Source: a virus (taxonomy: Duplodnaviria; Caudoviricetes). From it: 64,000 nt of DNA. The notes beneath the pieces were generated by a model. That model worked only from the letters and a program-made list of their open reading frames with translations. It made no database searches and had not been told where the DNA came from. Shown here piece after piece: positions 1 to 10,574 of the stretch. The stretch is taken from positions 32,001 to 96,000 of IMG/VR virus record IMGVR_UViG_3300028797_002668. One strand, written 5' to 3'. Numbering within the stretch: position 1 is the stretch's first letter; the number at the start of each line of letters is the position of its first letter. A program made the position numbers and the translations under genes.

Positions 1-558
1 CGATGCATTATCTCCACTATAACCCAAGGTATCTACTGTATAGTAAGAACGTGGGAATAAATAAGTCTCAAACTGGTCGAAATGTTTGGTCGAAAGGTTT
101 TCGTCATATATCGGCGTACGGATATTAATAGGTATCGGGGCCGTATTTGTGAACAGTTTCGGATTTACATTTTGCTTTACCTTATCAAGCCAGTAAGTAT
201 TATCCGTAACGCTCGAATCTGCCGTCGTCATCGTCATAATCTTTGCGTGCTGAACAATAGCGTAAGTAACTGGATTGTCGACCATTCCTTGGCCGTCGGC
301 GTACTGCGCGTCCAGCTTTTCGCGGATAGTATCAAACTGATCCTTGTCGAAACGGGTGTACTCCCACTCGGTATAGAAAGAACTCAAAAGGAAGATATCA
401 GTCCTCGTCATCGTTACTTCCACACCAGCACGTTCCACAGTCCAGCCAGTGCTGGAACCGGCTGCCATTACAGAACGGATCAGTGCGTTGAGGACACTTC
501 GAGAGTTATAGGTCAGCGCATCCAGCTGCTTAGTAAGCTCGTGTAGATTCGTAGACAT
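1..558 (-). CDS. Hypothetical late protein, truncated by window start (MSTNLHELTKQLDALTYNSRSVLNAL...)
   Basis: ATG at 558 downstream of TATAAACT at 586-593. Frame is open as far as I translated it by hand (about 85 codons). Absent from the ORF track, consistent with running off the window edge. Confidence 0.75.
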   Translation of the reverse strand, partial: MSTNLHELTKQLDALTYNSRSVLNALIRSVMAAGSSTGWTVERAGVEVTMTRTDIFLLSSFYTEWEYTRFDKDQFDTIREKLDAQYADGQGMVDNPVTYAIVQHAKIMTMTTADSSVTDNTYWLDKVKQNVNPKLFTNTAPIPINIRTPIYDENLSTKHFDQFETYLFPRSYYTVDTLGYSGDNAS

Positions 559-585
559 ATTCGTTGTTCCAATACATTTGCTCGT

Positions 586-593
586 AGTTTATA
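586..593 (-). promoter_or_regulatory. Late promoter TATAAACT
   Basis: agtttata in intergenic space, 28 nt upstream of ATG 558. Confidence 0.7.
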
Positions 594-612
594 TGTTTCT
601 AAGTGCTAGAAA

Positions 613-633
613 AGCCAGTCTTTCGGACTGGCT
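613..633 (-). terminator. Intrinsic terminator
   Basis: agccagtc-tttcg-gactggct stem followed by a T-run on the minus strand, just after the 640..1773 stop. Confidence 0.75.
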
Positions 634-639
634 GGGTAT

Positions 640-1773
640 TTAGTTGGAATATTCGTACATTGGTGAGCCAAAACCGCCCATCATCTGCGATCCTATACCC
701 GCCGCCGAGTAATCTCGGCCTTTCTGGTACATCTCGACCCTTTCCGGCATCATCGGCTGCATATTCGAGAACTCGGCCTTCTTCATAGCGTCGTTGTACA
801 TCTCAATATGTCGGTGCCGGTCATAGATTTCCGGGTTAATCCACATATGGGACGGTCTGATGACCTTGTTAATTTTGAGCAGCTGGTCTAGGCACTTCGC
901 GGCCATCTTGAAGTTCCCGACGGCGTACTGGTACTTCGCACGGTAGTAGAACCCCTCCGGACGCGTAGGAAGCTCCTCGATCATCTGCATAGAGCGATTT
1001 CCCATCGTAACCAAGTCATTCTGCTTCAGAGAGATGTCGCACAATGCTTCCATCGACTTGGCACGTTCCTCATTCAGCATAGACGGAAACTCGTCGACGG
1101 TTACCTCGTACCAAGCCTTAGCAGTCTCGAAATCGTTAATATCCCTAGCTGAGTTTCCCAGATAGAAGGCGGAACGCTGGGTGTGTTGCAACTTCCAATC
1201 CTTTAGCAAGGTCTTCACGTTTCTAGAAACGTCTCGATATTTCTTGAAGTTGTCAATCATAAATCTGGTAGTTACGACTTGACCATCCTTCGAAGTATTT
1301 ATCATGTACTCGTGAATCCTACCCTCAAAATGTGCAAACTCCTTTGGAGCGATTCGTACACGTGGAAAAGCGAACGACTTGTCCACACGAGTCAATAAGG
1401 TAATACTGGCATGAGGAATTCGATTGACAATCTTATCAAACGCTTCACGTACCTTGGCCGCGTTCACGACGATATCGTTCACATCAACCCACATCACGTA
1501 TGGACAAGTTGCAATCTTGATAGCATAGTTCTTGGCTCCACCAAAGTCGAATATACCGTCGTCGTCATGAAATAAATTTCCAACAGATTCGATTATCACC
1601 TTTGACGATTTATGGCGATTCTTCCAATCGTTAACCAATTCTAAAGTACCGTCAGTAGAACCAGTATCCACAATAACATATTCATTTACCAGCGGGAGTA
1701 GCGCGTCCAAGCAACGAACAACGCTGGCCTTTCCATTACGTACTACTAGGCATCCACTTAATCCACTGGCCAT
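640..1773 (-). CDS. GT2 glycosyltransferase with C-terminal TPR-like repeats
   Basis: LSGCLVVRN...RCLD...EYVIVDTGSTDGT, DFGGAKNYA, GRIHE, typical of GT2-TPR (SunS-like) proteins; helical C-terminus (PTRPEGFYYRAKY). Confidence 0.85.
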   Translation of the reverse strand: MASGLSGCLVVRNGKASVVRCLDALLPLVNEYVIVDTGSTDGTLELVNDWKNRHKSSKVIIESVGNLFHDDDGIFDFGGAKNYAIKIATCPYVMWVDVNDIVVNAAKVREAFDKIVNRIPHASITLLTRVDKSFAFPRVRIAPKEFAHFEGRIHEYMINTSKDGQVVTTRFMIDNFKKYRDVSRNVKTLLKDWKLQHTQRSAFYLGNSARDINDFETAKAWYEVTVDEFPSMLNEERAKSMEALCDISLKQNDLVTMGNRSMQMIEELPTRPEGFYYRAKYQYAVGNFKMAAKCLDQLLKINKVIRPSHMWINPEIYDRHRHIEMYNDAMKKAEFSNMQPMMPERVEMYQKGRDYSAAGIGSQMMGGFGSPMYEYSN

Positions 1774-1775
1774 AT

Positions 1776-2828
1776 CTACACCTCGCCACTTCCAACCATC
1801 GGTTCAAGCGCGTTATAAATATTCCACATGTTTTTGTTGACCTCTGGCTTGATTCCTGGAACATCGTCTATCGTCACCTTTCGCAGCTCGATAGATACGT
1901 TTTCCTTGAAATACTCGGCGCGTTCTTTCCTCATAGCGGACTCGGCTTCTATTGCATCCTTGTATTCTTCGGCCAATTGCTGCAACTCGTCCCTTACTGG
2001 ATTATACTTTTCAGGATTATTCTTGCACAAATCGTTAAGCTGGATTTCATCTTGAATGTCATGTTTCCGCAATACATCATTCTTACGGTAATCATATTCG
2101 AGATATTTAGAATCTACCGGGTAAGCCTCCACAGTCGCTTGCCATTCAGGAACAGTCTTCAGAATGTTTAAACGCACCGCCTCGTAAAACTTGAACGTTA
2201 CAGTATCATCGAATAGCATTTCGGCTTGCTGCAAGATGCCATCGAGTTGCATAATCCTACCGCGTTCGACCGATATTAAAGGTGCATCATTTGAAAACAC
2301 AACCATAGGTTCCAATGCCTTATACACGACCCACGAATTTACGCCGGCATTCACATTTGGCACTAATTCGCTGGATATAGTTAACAAGTCGATATCAACG
2401 TCCTCGTTGAAGAATTCCTTACGTTGCTCGTTAACCGGGGCTTCCTTTTCAATGGTTTCCTTGTATTCCTCATGAAGTTTACGCAACCGCTCTTGTATAG
2501 CAGCGACTTTTTCCGGATCAGATTCCATAAGAGTCTGGTACATGCGGTCATTTATTATATTCTCATTAAAGAAAACTTCAGCTCGTTTTTTCTCGTACTC
2601 AAAATACTTAGGATCGACCGGATAAGCCTCGAAACAAAGCTTCCGCTCTTCGTCAGTCTTTATTCGGTTTCTAGACACCGCATAATAGAATTTTCCGGTT
2701 ATACGACCAGCGAAAAGCTGTTCGGCTTGTTGCAAAACATCATTAAGTTCAAGAAGTGTCTTACGCTTTATAATCATGTGTTTCGTGTTGCCATTTAACT
2801 GGCATATCGCGCCTCTGTTGTTCCTCAT
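1776..2828 (-). CDS. Hypothetical protein made of two tandem copies of a ~165-aa domain
   Basis: LQQAEQLF..KFYYAV..EAYPVDPKYFEY..YKALEPMV versus LQQAEMLF..KFYEAV..EAYPVDSKYLEY..YNALEPMV. Confidence 0.8.
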   Translation of the reverse strand: MRNNRGAICQLNGNTKHMIIKRKTLLELNDVLQQAEQLFAGRITGKFYYAVSRNRIKTDEERKLCFEAYPVDPKYFEYEKKRAEVFFNENIINDRMYQTLMESDPEKVAAIQERLRKLHEEYKETIEKEAPVNEQRKEFFNEDVDIDLLTISSELVPNVNAGVNSWVVYKALEPMVVFSNDAPLISVERGRIMQLDGILQQAEMLFDDTVTFKFYEAVRLNILKTVPEWQATVEAYPVDSKYLEYDYRKNDVLRKHDIQDEIQLNDLCKNNPEKYNPVRDELQQLAEEYKDAIEAESAMRKERAEYFKENVSIELRKVTIDDVPGIKPEVNKNMWNIYNALEPMVGSGEV

Positions 2829-2839
2829 GCTAAATTAGT

Positions 2840-3511
2840 TCATTTGGCGTGAGGGAATATATTGCATTCTCTCAGACGGTCGATATAGTGTTGAAGCGAC
2901 CCAAGATAATCTGGATGGGATATCTCGTCTCCACCTACTTTGCCAGACAACACAACCGTGTCACAAAGACATACCTTTGCTCCCAATGACCCACACATTA
3001 CACCTAAAAACTGGTCTTCACATCCCCAGCCGGTAAACGACTCGTCGAACAGTTTCCCCCGGTTCACTCGATATATTTCTTTAATCAACCCATACTTAAT
3101 GCGAAATCCGCATGAATAAAATGGGTTGCACAAAATATTTACATTGACCAGACCGGGTTTCAACTTTTCCAACCGCTTGTCACTTTCACAAATATATAGG
3201 AATACATCGAAATCAGATAGATTTTCACCAATATTGTATACAATAGGAACTCGGTCACCATCGAAGAACTCAATCCAGTCGTCATCTGACAGCGTGGCAA
3301 TACGTTCCAACTCTGACAGCCCCAAATTACGGTTCATTGTACGGTTTCCAATTACTGGATTACATACATATCGAGCGCCAGCCAAACAAACTTGCTCTAC
3401 GTCTTCTTGTTGCATGTCATCGAACACGAAAACCACGTTATCGTTCAATACGCGAACAAAACGTGGTATATATTCGGACTGGTGATGTGATATGACTACG
3501 CTATAACGCAT
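2840..3511 (-). CDS. GT2/GT7C-like glycosyltransferase
   Basis: N-terminal SVVI strand, RNLGL, DxD (FFDGD), FDESFTGWGCED motif. Confidence 0.8.
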   Translation of the reverse strand: MRYSVVISHHQSEYIPRFVRVLNDNVVFVFDDMQQEDVEQVCLAGARYVCNPVIGNRTMNRNLGLSELERIATLSDDDWIEFFDGDRVPIVYNIGENLSDFDVFLYICESDKRLEKLKPGLVNVNILCNPFYSCGFRIKYGLIKEIYRVNRGKLFDESFTGWGCEDQFLGVMCGSLGAKVCLCDTVVLSGKVGGDEISHPDYLGSLQHYIDRLRECNIFPHAK

Positions 3512-5727
3512 TAATACGCCATCACATAGATTTTGCCGTCAACCTTGGTAAAATGTACAACGGCTGAACTAAGAGTGTTATTATTTATATTGCGACCCGC
3601 ACTCGCATTACTGTTGTATAACGGGGCAAACGGGTCAGTATCGAAACTAGTCGGTGGTACGTACACGTGGAAATTAGGCTTCACGCTGCTCAAGGTTGAC
3701 CCGTTAGCATCAGCCCACTTATATACATTTTCGACAACACCGTGGTCGATATCCTTAGAGAACCGAATAACAAAATCCTTATTATCATTTAAAATTCCTT
3801 CCAACGCGACACTGTGCTTGTTATTTACGTTAGAATCACGACCTATAGCGTTTAGATTTATAACAATTTCATAAACCACTCCGTCATACAACTCGCTTGT
3901 ATTCACATACAATACATTATGACGATTATAAACCCGTGCGACATTAATCTCGTTATATGACTTCACATAATATAACCAAGTATTCCATATAAGCCTATTA
4001 CTTGTACCGAACGAAAAATGTTCAGCGTCAGCAAGACTCAGCCCATAATCCCATTCGAAAGCATTTGTCTCGTTCCAAGAACGTGACGGAATTTTATGGA
4101 ACTTACCGTCCTTAAATATTGTAAGCAACATATCATTATTGAGATATGTAGAAACTACTTGAAAATTCAAAACACTATTCGACGCACATGTTTCTGGTGT
4201 AGCATTCGGTATATACGGAATGTCACAGTCATTAATAATAATCGGGCTTGCCGAACTATCCGGAACATACGGATGAGTATGATTACGAAACGCCCACATA
4301 TAACTGTCATTTCCACTTTCCACGATTCCGCACTGGCTACCGTTTCCGCCATACTTGATTGACTCAACCATATTCCGTATATAATTCATTTCCACGCCAA
4401 GCATAGTAACAGCTTCCGAAATACTGGCATTTGCAATCAACTGGTTCTTGTACCAAGTAATTGAATCATTTTCATATAGATTGTAATATATAACTGGATT
4501 GTTAACCAATGAAGTATTTTCTTGAAATACTACACTAAAATCAATACTATACTTGCTAAGACCAGTTTCACTCATTTCAATAGTGTCGGTATCGATAACC
4601 GCAAACAAAACTGGTTCGGCATCTCCATCAACTGAAAGTTGTACCTTATTCCCGCCACATTTCTCGTTAGTGCTATCTATCACGTTGAACGCATGCAAAG
4701 TGACCGGAACCGCATACAAACCAATACGATTAAACTTAAAACCAATTTCGGGAAGATGGTTACTCGTTTCCAGTTCATACGCACTGTCAACAATACGGTC
4801 AGCGGCCTTTTTCATGTAATCGGCGATGTTAATAGCAATTTTGTATTTTACGCTTCCTACCTTAGAATTGTCAAGGTTCGTACTACTCTTACCGGCCTCA
4901 AGATTCTGTATATGTCCGCCATTACGTATAATAGTTGACAAGTCATAGTGGTCAATCGGAAAATACTTAGTCACTTTAGACATGTTACGGCAAGCCGGAT
5001 CATGAGCGACTGGATATCCTTCACTAGACGACGGTGCGTGGTACCGGTTGAAATTTGAAATAGACTCCATCGCGGACACCGTCTTATCTTGAGGAACCAC
5101 ATTAGAAGCGTATCCATCACTAGTCGTACGGTTACTGTCATTTGAAATCAACCAAGCTGGCTCATTAGTACGCTCTGCGTAATTACGCATATCCGGCGAA
5201 ACCGTATGTGCCGCTAAGTCATCATTGTCAGTGTGGTAATAAAGAGGCGCTGGAATAGGTAGACCATAGTCATCAATTTCATCGTTTAATTGAGTAACTG
5301 TGCCTCCGACACCTATATATGTCTTGTAAAAATTATACTTTGCCGGAGCCGACGAATCCTGGCTATAAGTCACCAGTGTATTAAACTTGTTTCCTTCGGC
5401 ATCAGTAGCGAGCGAATATCTAAAGGTCGATTCGATATTTTCCGCATACAAGCATTGCCTATACAGCTTACCAGCGGCTGAATCTACATCGCCTTCATCG
5501 AAACCGGCTACCGTGTCAGCCATCGAACCTTGAAATATATTAAACAGCTCGTCGCCTATCGGCTTACCGTTCTCCTTTGGCACAAGCATCTGGATGTCCT
5601 TAGACAGTTCGCGGTTCTCTTCAGGAATGTACGCAAGACCGTAATATCCAATCCAATACTGCTTTTGGCTGGACGGCAAAGTATTTAAAATTTCTAGTCC
5701 TTGACTGGTAATTACGCTTCTGTTCAT
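3511..5727 (-). CDS. Tail fibre / baseplate-attached structural protein
   Basis: N-terminal VITSQG and FNRIGLYA...LFAV motifs of tail-fibre attachment domains; HTH(PY) fibre motif; follows the baseplate wedge genes; has a late promoter. Confidence 0.55.
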   Translation of the reverse strand: MNRSVITSQGLEILNTLPSSQKQYWIGYYGLAYIPEENRELSKDIQMLVPKENGKPIGDELFNIFQGSMADTVAGFDEGDVDSAAGKLYRQCLYAENIESTFRYSLATDAEGNKFNTLVTYSQDSSAPAKYNFYKTYIGVGGTVTQLNDEIDDYGLPIPAPLYYHTDNDDLAAHTVSPDMRNYAERTNEPAWLISNDSNRTTSDGYASNVVPQDKTVSAMESISNFNRYHAPSSSEGYPVAHDPACRNMSKVTKYFPIDHYDLSTIIRNGGHIQNLEAGKSSTNLDNSKVGSVKYKIAINIADYMKKAADRIVDSAYELETSNHLPEIGFKFNRIGLYAVPVTLHAFNVIDSTNEKCGGNKVQLSVDGDAEPVLFAVIDTDTIEMSETGLSKYSIDFSVVFQENTSLVNNPVIYYNLYENDSITWYKNQLIANASISEAVTMLGVEMNYIRNMVESIKYGGNGSQCGIVESGNDSYMWAFRNHTHPYVPDSSASPIIINDCDIPYIPNATPETCASNSVLNFQVVSTYLNNDMLLTIFKDGKFHKIPSRSWNETNAFEWDYGLSLADAEHFSFGTSNRLIWNTWLYYVKSYNEINVARVYNRHNVLYVNTSELYDGVVYEIVINLNAIGRDSNVNNKHSVALEGILNDNKDFVIRFSKDIDHGVVENVYKWADANGSTLSSVKPNFHVYVPPTSFDTDPFAPLYNSNASAGRNINNNTLSSAVVHFTKVDGKIYVMAY

Positions 5728-5756
5728 GCCGAATACCTAATTTCTTTCAAGAAACT

Positions 5757-5764
5757 AGTTTATA
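5757..5764 (-). promoter_or_regulatory. Late promoter TATAAACT
   Basis: agtttata 30 nt upstream of ATG 5727. Confidence 0.7.
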
Positions 5765-5788
5765 TATTTCGTCATCGGAACTGATATA

Positions 5789-8700
5789 CTAAAAGCTACA
5801 ATCTTCATCCATACACGCATCATCTTCGTAGAAGTCCAGACCAGTACCATCGGATTTTCCGCCATCGAACACCGGGGATAAACCAGAATAACCTTCCATA
5901 TTGTGGGCGACGATGATTGCGTTGGCCGTAGCCTCAGAATTCATTACTACGCGAATACCGTCAAACACTACGTTGATCGGCTTACAGCATCTAATTTGCT
6001 CATGCATCCGCTCGATGTCTTCGGTTGTCACGGAAACGCTCGGAGAATTAGAATCATCCAGCACATCCAATACTACGTGTGGGGTAGGCACCCACTGGCC
6101 GACCTTCTCGCCTAGTCCAGATTTCCGTTGAATCATTTCGTCGACTTCGGTTTGTCGCACAAGTTCACCGTATGGGTCGGCAGTATTAGTCCACAGCGTA
6201 ATCAACTCGCCAACAAGACCGAACGTCGCCATTAACATGTTGATACCAGCATTCGTACCGTTCAGAGCATAATATTGCGGCAAATGAGCAATTGTTTCTC
6301 GCAAAGCAGCATCCCGTTGCTCATTAGTCCGATATACGCCACTCTCGTTCACATCATCAGAAACCGCAGTTATATCATAACCCATAAACCTAGCCAAATA
6401 TCCTATCAAATCATAGTCTATTACGCTAGCATCCTTCAAATAAGCCAGACGCTCTATCCGTTCAGCCAATGGATAACCCATATCCGGAACACCCTTGAAT
6501 GATGGGTCCATGTCATCACGCGGAGCTACCGTACCGTAATCATACTTCGAAGAATACTGAAGATTCACATCTTGTGTCGTATCCAAGTTATCGATATGCG
6601 GGTTCTCAAAATGGTAGTTTCTGGACATTCCAGCAGCTTGCAAATATGCACGGCCAGACGATGCCTCAGATGTCACAAAGGTATCGCCATACACAACATA
6701 CTTATACTCACTGTCGGTCTCTACCGGGTCGGTTTCATCGAACTTCGGATTACTGCACATATCAACCTTGATGTTGTCAATCTTGAACGTGCGCTTACGA
6801 CGCATCGGAACCCAAGCACCAGTCTTGGAAACTCTCCACGCAATTGACTCGTCCTCACACAACTGATTAGTCGCAATAACTATTTCACCATCAGTAAACC
6901 GATGACCGTTCCAGTTGTACTCACCACTCAGTTTTCCGACATTTCTTCTAGCGATTATACCACGATATATAGTGCTGCCTTTAGAGACATTCCCTAGTGT
7001 AGAAACACCGTCTATCGGACCTAGCGTTACAGTTTCATCACTAGGTACCGTCAATACCTTCGCCTCGGTAAACTTGTTAATTGAGCCACCGTTATAAGTA
7101 TATGCACCATTAGTTTCAGTATCTACGATAACTAAGTCGCCTACATGCAGACCATGCTTGTACTGAGTCCGAACTACATTATGGTTCGACTCAAGAATCT
7201 GGTTAGAAGTTACGAATGTTGCTCGATTGCTTATCTTACTCCAATCATACGCATATACGGTATACTTGTACCACATACCTACATATAACGTCATATCTCG
7301 TCCAACTAGCGATTTCCCATCTGGCATGCCAGTATCGCCAGCAATCTTGATATTAAATACACCCCCACCATTCACGTTGCTTGTCACCGTATGCCATCCA
7401 TTATATGCGCTATGGTCAGCATATCTAATAAATACACGAGTACCTTGATGCAAGTCGCTTTCCGGAACACGGCCAACCAAGTTAACTTGAGCAGTCTCAT
7501 TGTCGATGAACCGTATAACTTTAACCTTGTATCCTTCGCTCATCGCATATACTGGATTCGTATCAGATATGTCTATCAAGTTCTGTTGCGCATAAAGCGT
7601 AAACGGTGTTAAAACGGCATCACGTTCAATCTTCGTCCAATTTCCAGAACTTGCGATATAAAATTCGCGAACAATATCTTCATCATCCTTGCGGTCAATC
7701 TCAACAATATCCCCATCAGACAATGGCTGGCCGGTAGTCTCATTGATGATACGGTGATATACGGCTGATGCCTTAACACCGTCATGGTCAACTTCACCAG
7801 TACAGTATGTACCGGCAGCAACCGACAAACTTTCATACTGAATTACATCTGGCGATAGTACCTTTATTTCAACATCGGTAACATTGAAAATATCACTTTT
7901 AGACGGATTTTCTACAGTCACTCCACTTACGGATATATGCATACCATCAGAAAGTCCGTGACCCGCTGAAGTAATCGTAACTAGCCACCTACCATTATTG
8001 CCCTTAGTTGCAATAAGGTTACTATCCATGTCAATTACGTACAACGGAGCCACACCTCGCTTCATCACCTTTCCGGTTTCATACTCTTTAACGACGGTAA
8101 CCGTTCGGTCAGCCATGTCCACATCCACTACATTGTATGTATTTCCTCCATAAAACTCGACAAAGCCAGCACGAGACATATCGTCGACACCAATATCATT
8201 ACCGTAATATACATATTCGCGCTCTTTCCATCCATAACGCAATCGGGTATCGTTAATCTTCTTGATATACAGTGGAATACGTATCGTATCCATATCATCG
8301 ACACCGTAGTCGACATTTTCGCCAAAATCAAGCGTAGCAACGGCACCAGAATACGGCATGAACGCATTACGCATCTTCTTATATCCAACAGAGAAATGCT
8401 TTAACGTGTCAAGAACCAATTCATACTTATCGCCTTTTATTCCCGATGTCTTCTTTACCATGTAGATATTGTCGTCATCTGCATTATACACATAAGTTCC
8501 GTCAACATAATCGGCGGTTGAATCATACAATATAACATCGTTTTTCATTCGAAGTAGCACAAACTTTTCGTCCCCATCGTTAAAACGTGCTACCATGTAC
8601 TTGTCTGTAAAAATCATTCCGCTATAACGACGAATCACGGCAACCATATCATCACCCATTCTACGTGTATGGTCGACTTTAGAAACATAAGATTCTTTGG

Positions 8701-10567
8701 TTATATCGACTTTTCTAATAGCTGTATAATTATTAATCTGCACACTGGTAGGATGAACAATATGAATGGTTCCAGCATCATATTTAGTTATAGTGAACAA
8801 TTGCGTTTGATAAACACCGTTTACCACGCAATCAAGCAAAACTACATCACCGGGCTTCCACATGCACCCACCATACACAGCATAAGCATGCTCACCAGTT
8901 TCGTCATTACATGCATCTAAACGTGTAATAACACCAACCGAAGGAATAGTCACAACGACATCGTGACCATTCGGATTAAATGATGGGTTCAATTTACGAT
9001 CAAGACCAACTATATACCGTCCAGTAGCCTTTTCGTACTTACATTCGGTAATTATACCTAGTCCGTCCCATGCACCGGGACATAGAATAAATGCGCCAGC
9101 ATACATCTGCACCGGCGAATAGAACGCACGCAAACCAAACGGTGTCCATTCACTCCCCTTGATAGTCGCAACTGATTCATTCTCGGTTACTGTTGCTGAC
9201 GACATGGTATAATTATCAGACATAGAAGCGGCTGGCCCATCGCAGAACCGGTACTCATCGGACCAACGAAGCATCGGCATACGGTTATTACCATCAATTA
9301 CGTAGTAGCTTTCCGACAACGGAACTGACACCAAAGTAAGCGACTTGCTATCCGAAATCATAGCTATAATATCGTATATGTCATACTTTAACGACAGCGG
9401 GAACACCGATGTATACAATTCGCCATCTTCTTTGCGACTCTTACTGGTTATATCGCCATTCATTTTTAGCAAGGCAACTTGTTCATCACCATGCATAAGA
9501 TATAATATAGCATCGCTGTATATTCCAGGCATTCCAGACGATGTATAAATTTTCAGCATACCAGTCGAGCCAACATCGATACGGTTTACACGAAAACGAT
9601 CTACGCTCGGATTAAGCACTGTATCGGGCATAGTTACAATGTTACTAGAAGAAATATTAGTAAGCTTAGACCCGCTCGTTTCACGTAAATAAAATATTCC
9701 AGATGGATAATTTCCGACCCAATTGAACGAATTACCTTCAGCAAACTTTATGTACGTATTATAATTGCCATCAGCCACAGCTGACTGGTTATAGTAATCG
9801 ACAATAACTTGATCCGACTTGTTATCGACTCCATCGACATCAACCAGAACAGAATCTATTGCGGACACCCGGTTTACATCCGTAATCTTTAGTGTAAAGA
9901 AAATTTCATAGTAATTGACTCGCTTATCCCTAGACTGACCACCATAGCGACGAAGAACATGTCCAACATCGGATACCTTGAACTCTATGGCAGTCTTTGG
10001 ATTATTGTCCGTACCAGTGAACGGATCTTGGGACGAACCTAACGGTTCCTTGACCATCGTGTCGTCTACGGATGAATAGTAATAAGCAACCGTTCGTACT
10101 GGCTCCACATTACGATATTTAATGTAAACTACGGCACCGTCCTTCGTATTGGAGTCAACCAAATGCCTAGCGCTTGCCGAAGTAATTACATCTTCTACTT
10201 TCGAAAAATCTACTTCGGCCTCTTTTGGATATTCAGCGCATTCGTTACCGACGATTACGTTCGACTTAACGTTGTTCCTAGGAACAGAACAATACCTAAC
10301 AGAATCACCTCGTTCCGACGCAAGCCTAAGCATAGAGCACAATCTTTCCATCTGGGCCTTTACAGCGTTTTGGTCAGTTGATTTGCAAACACGGACGAAT
10401 TCGAATTCCTCGGTCGTCTCGATATTACGGTAGGCATTGTTGATGTAGTCTGACATCACTTGCATCAACGTAACCACGTCCGGCTCCGTCTTCAGAAATT
10501 CCGGTAAATACCCAACAAAATCGTTGAAGCGAAACTGGCCATTCTTATTATAGACTATCGGATTCAT
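5789..10567 (-). CDS. Large baseplate wedge protein, gp7-like (1592 aa)
   Basis: Directly after the gp6 homologue. N-terminal YLPEFL and C-terminal LIGYLARFMGYDI...LPQYYALNGTNAGINML (P2 gpI/gp7-type wedge domain). Confidence 0.65.
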   Translation of the reverse strand: MNPIVYNKNGQFRFNDFVGYLPEFLKTEPDVVTLMQVMSDYINNAYRNIETTEEFEFVRVCKSTDQNAVKAQMERLCSMLRLASERGDSVRYCSVPRNNVKSNVIVGNECAEYPKEAEVDFSKVEDVITSASARHLVDSNTKDGAVVYIKYRNVEPVRTVAYYYSSVDDTMVKEPLGSSQDPFTGTDNNPKTAIEFKVSDVGHVLRRYGGQSRDKRVNYYEIFFTLKITDVNRVSAIDSVLVDVDGVDNKSDQVIVDYYNQSAVADGNYNTYIKFAEGNSFNWVGNYPSGIFYLRETSGSKLTNISSSNIVTMPDTVLNPSVDRFRVNRIDVGSTGMLKIYTSSGMPGIYSDAILYLMHGDEQVALLKMNGDITSKSRKEDGELYTSVFPLSLKYDIYDIIAMISDSKSLTLVSVPLSESYYVIDGNNRMPMLRWSDEYRFCDGPAASMSDNYTMSSATVTENESVATIKGSEWTPFGLRAFYSPVQMYAGAFILCPGAWDGLGIITECKYEKATGRYIVGLDRKLNPSFNPNGHDVVVTIPSVGVITRLDACNDETGEHAYAVYGGCMWKPGDVVLLDCVVNGVYQTQLFTITKYDAGTIHIVHPTSVQINNYTAIRKVDITKESYVSKVDHTRRMGDDMVAVIRRYSGMIFTDKYMVARFNDGDEKFVLLRMKNDVILYDSTADYVDGTYVYNADDDNIYMVKKTSGIKGDKYELVLDTLKHFSVGYKKMRNAFMPYSGAVATLDFGENVDYGVDDMDTIRIPLYIKKINDTRLRYGWKEREYVYYGNDIGVDDMSRAGFVEFYGGNTYNVVDVDMADRTVTVVKEYETGKVMKRGVAPLYVIDMDSNLIATKGNNGRWLVTITSAGHGLSDGMHISVSGVTVENPSKSDIFNVTDVEIKVLSPDVIQYESLSVAAGTYCTGEVDHDGVKASAVYHRIINETTGQPLSDGDIVEIDRKDDEDIVREFYIASSGNWTKIERDAVLTPFTLYAQQNLIDISDTNPVYAMSEGYKVKVIRFIDNETAQVNLVGRVPESDLHQGTRVFIRYADHSAYNGWHTVTSNVNGGGVFNIKIAGDTGMPDGKSLVGRDMTLYVGMWYKYTVYAYDWSKISNRATFVTSNQILESNHNVVRTQYKHGLHVGDLVIVDTETNGAYTYNGGSINKFTEAKVLTVPSDETVTLGPIDGVSTLGNVSKGSTIYRGIIARRNVGKLSGEYNWNGHRFTDGEIVIATNQLCEDESIAWRVSKTGAWVPMRRKRTFKIDNIKVDMCSNPKFDETDPVETDSEYKYVVYGDTFVTSEASSGRAYLQAAGMSRNYHFENPHIDNLDTTQDVNLQYSSKYDYGTVAPRDDMDPSFKGVPDMGYPLAERIERLAYLKDASVIDYDLIGYLARFMGYDITAVSDDVNESGVYRTNEQRDAALRETIAHLPQYYALNGTNAGINMLMATFGLVGELITLWTNTADPYGELVRQTEVDEMIQRKSGLGEKVGQWVPTPHVVLDVLDDSNSPSVSVTTEDIERMHEQIRCCKPINVVFDGIRVVMNSEATANAIIVAHNMEGYSGLSPVFDGGKSDGTGLDFYEDDACMDEDCSF

Positions 10568-10574
10568 TCTTTAA

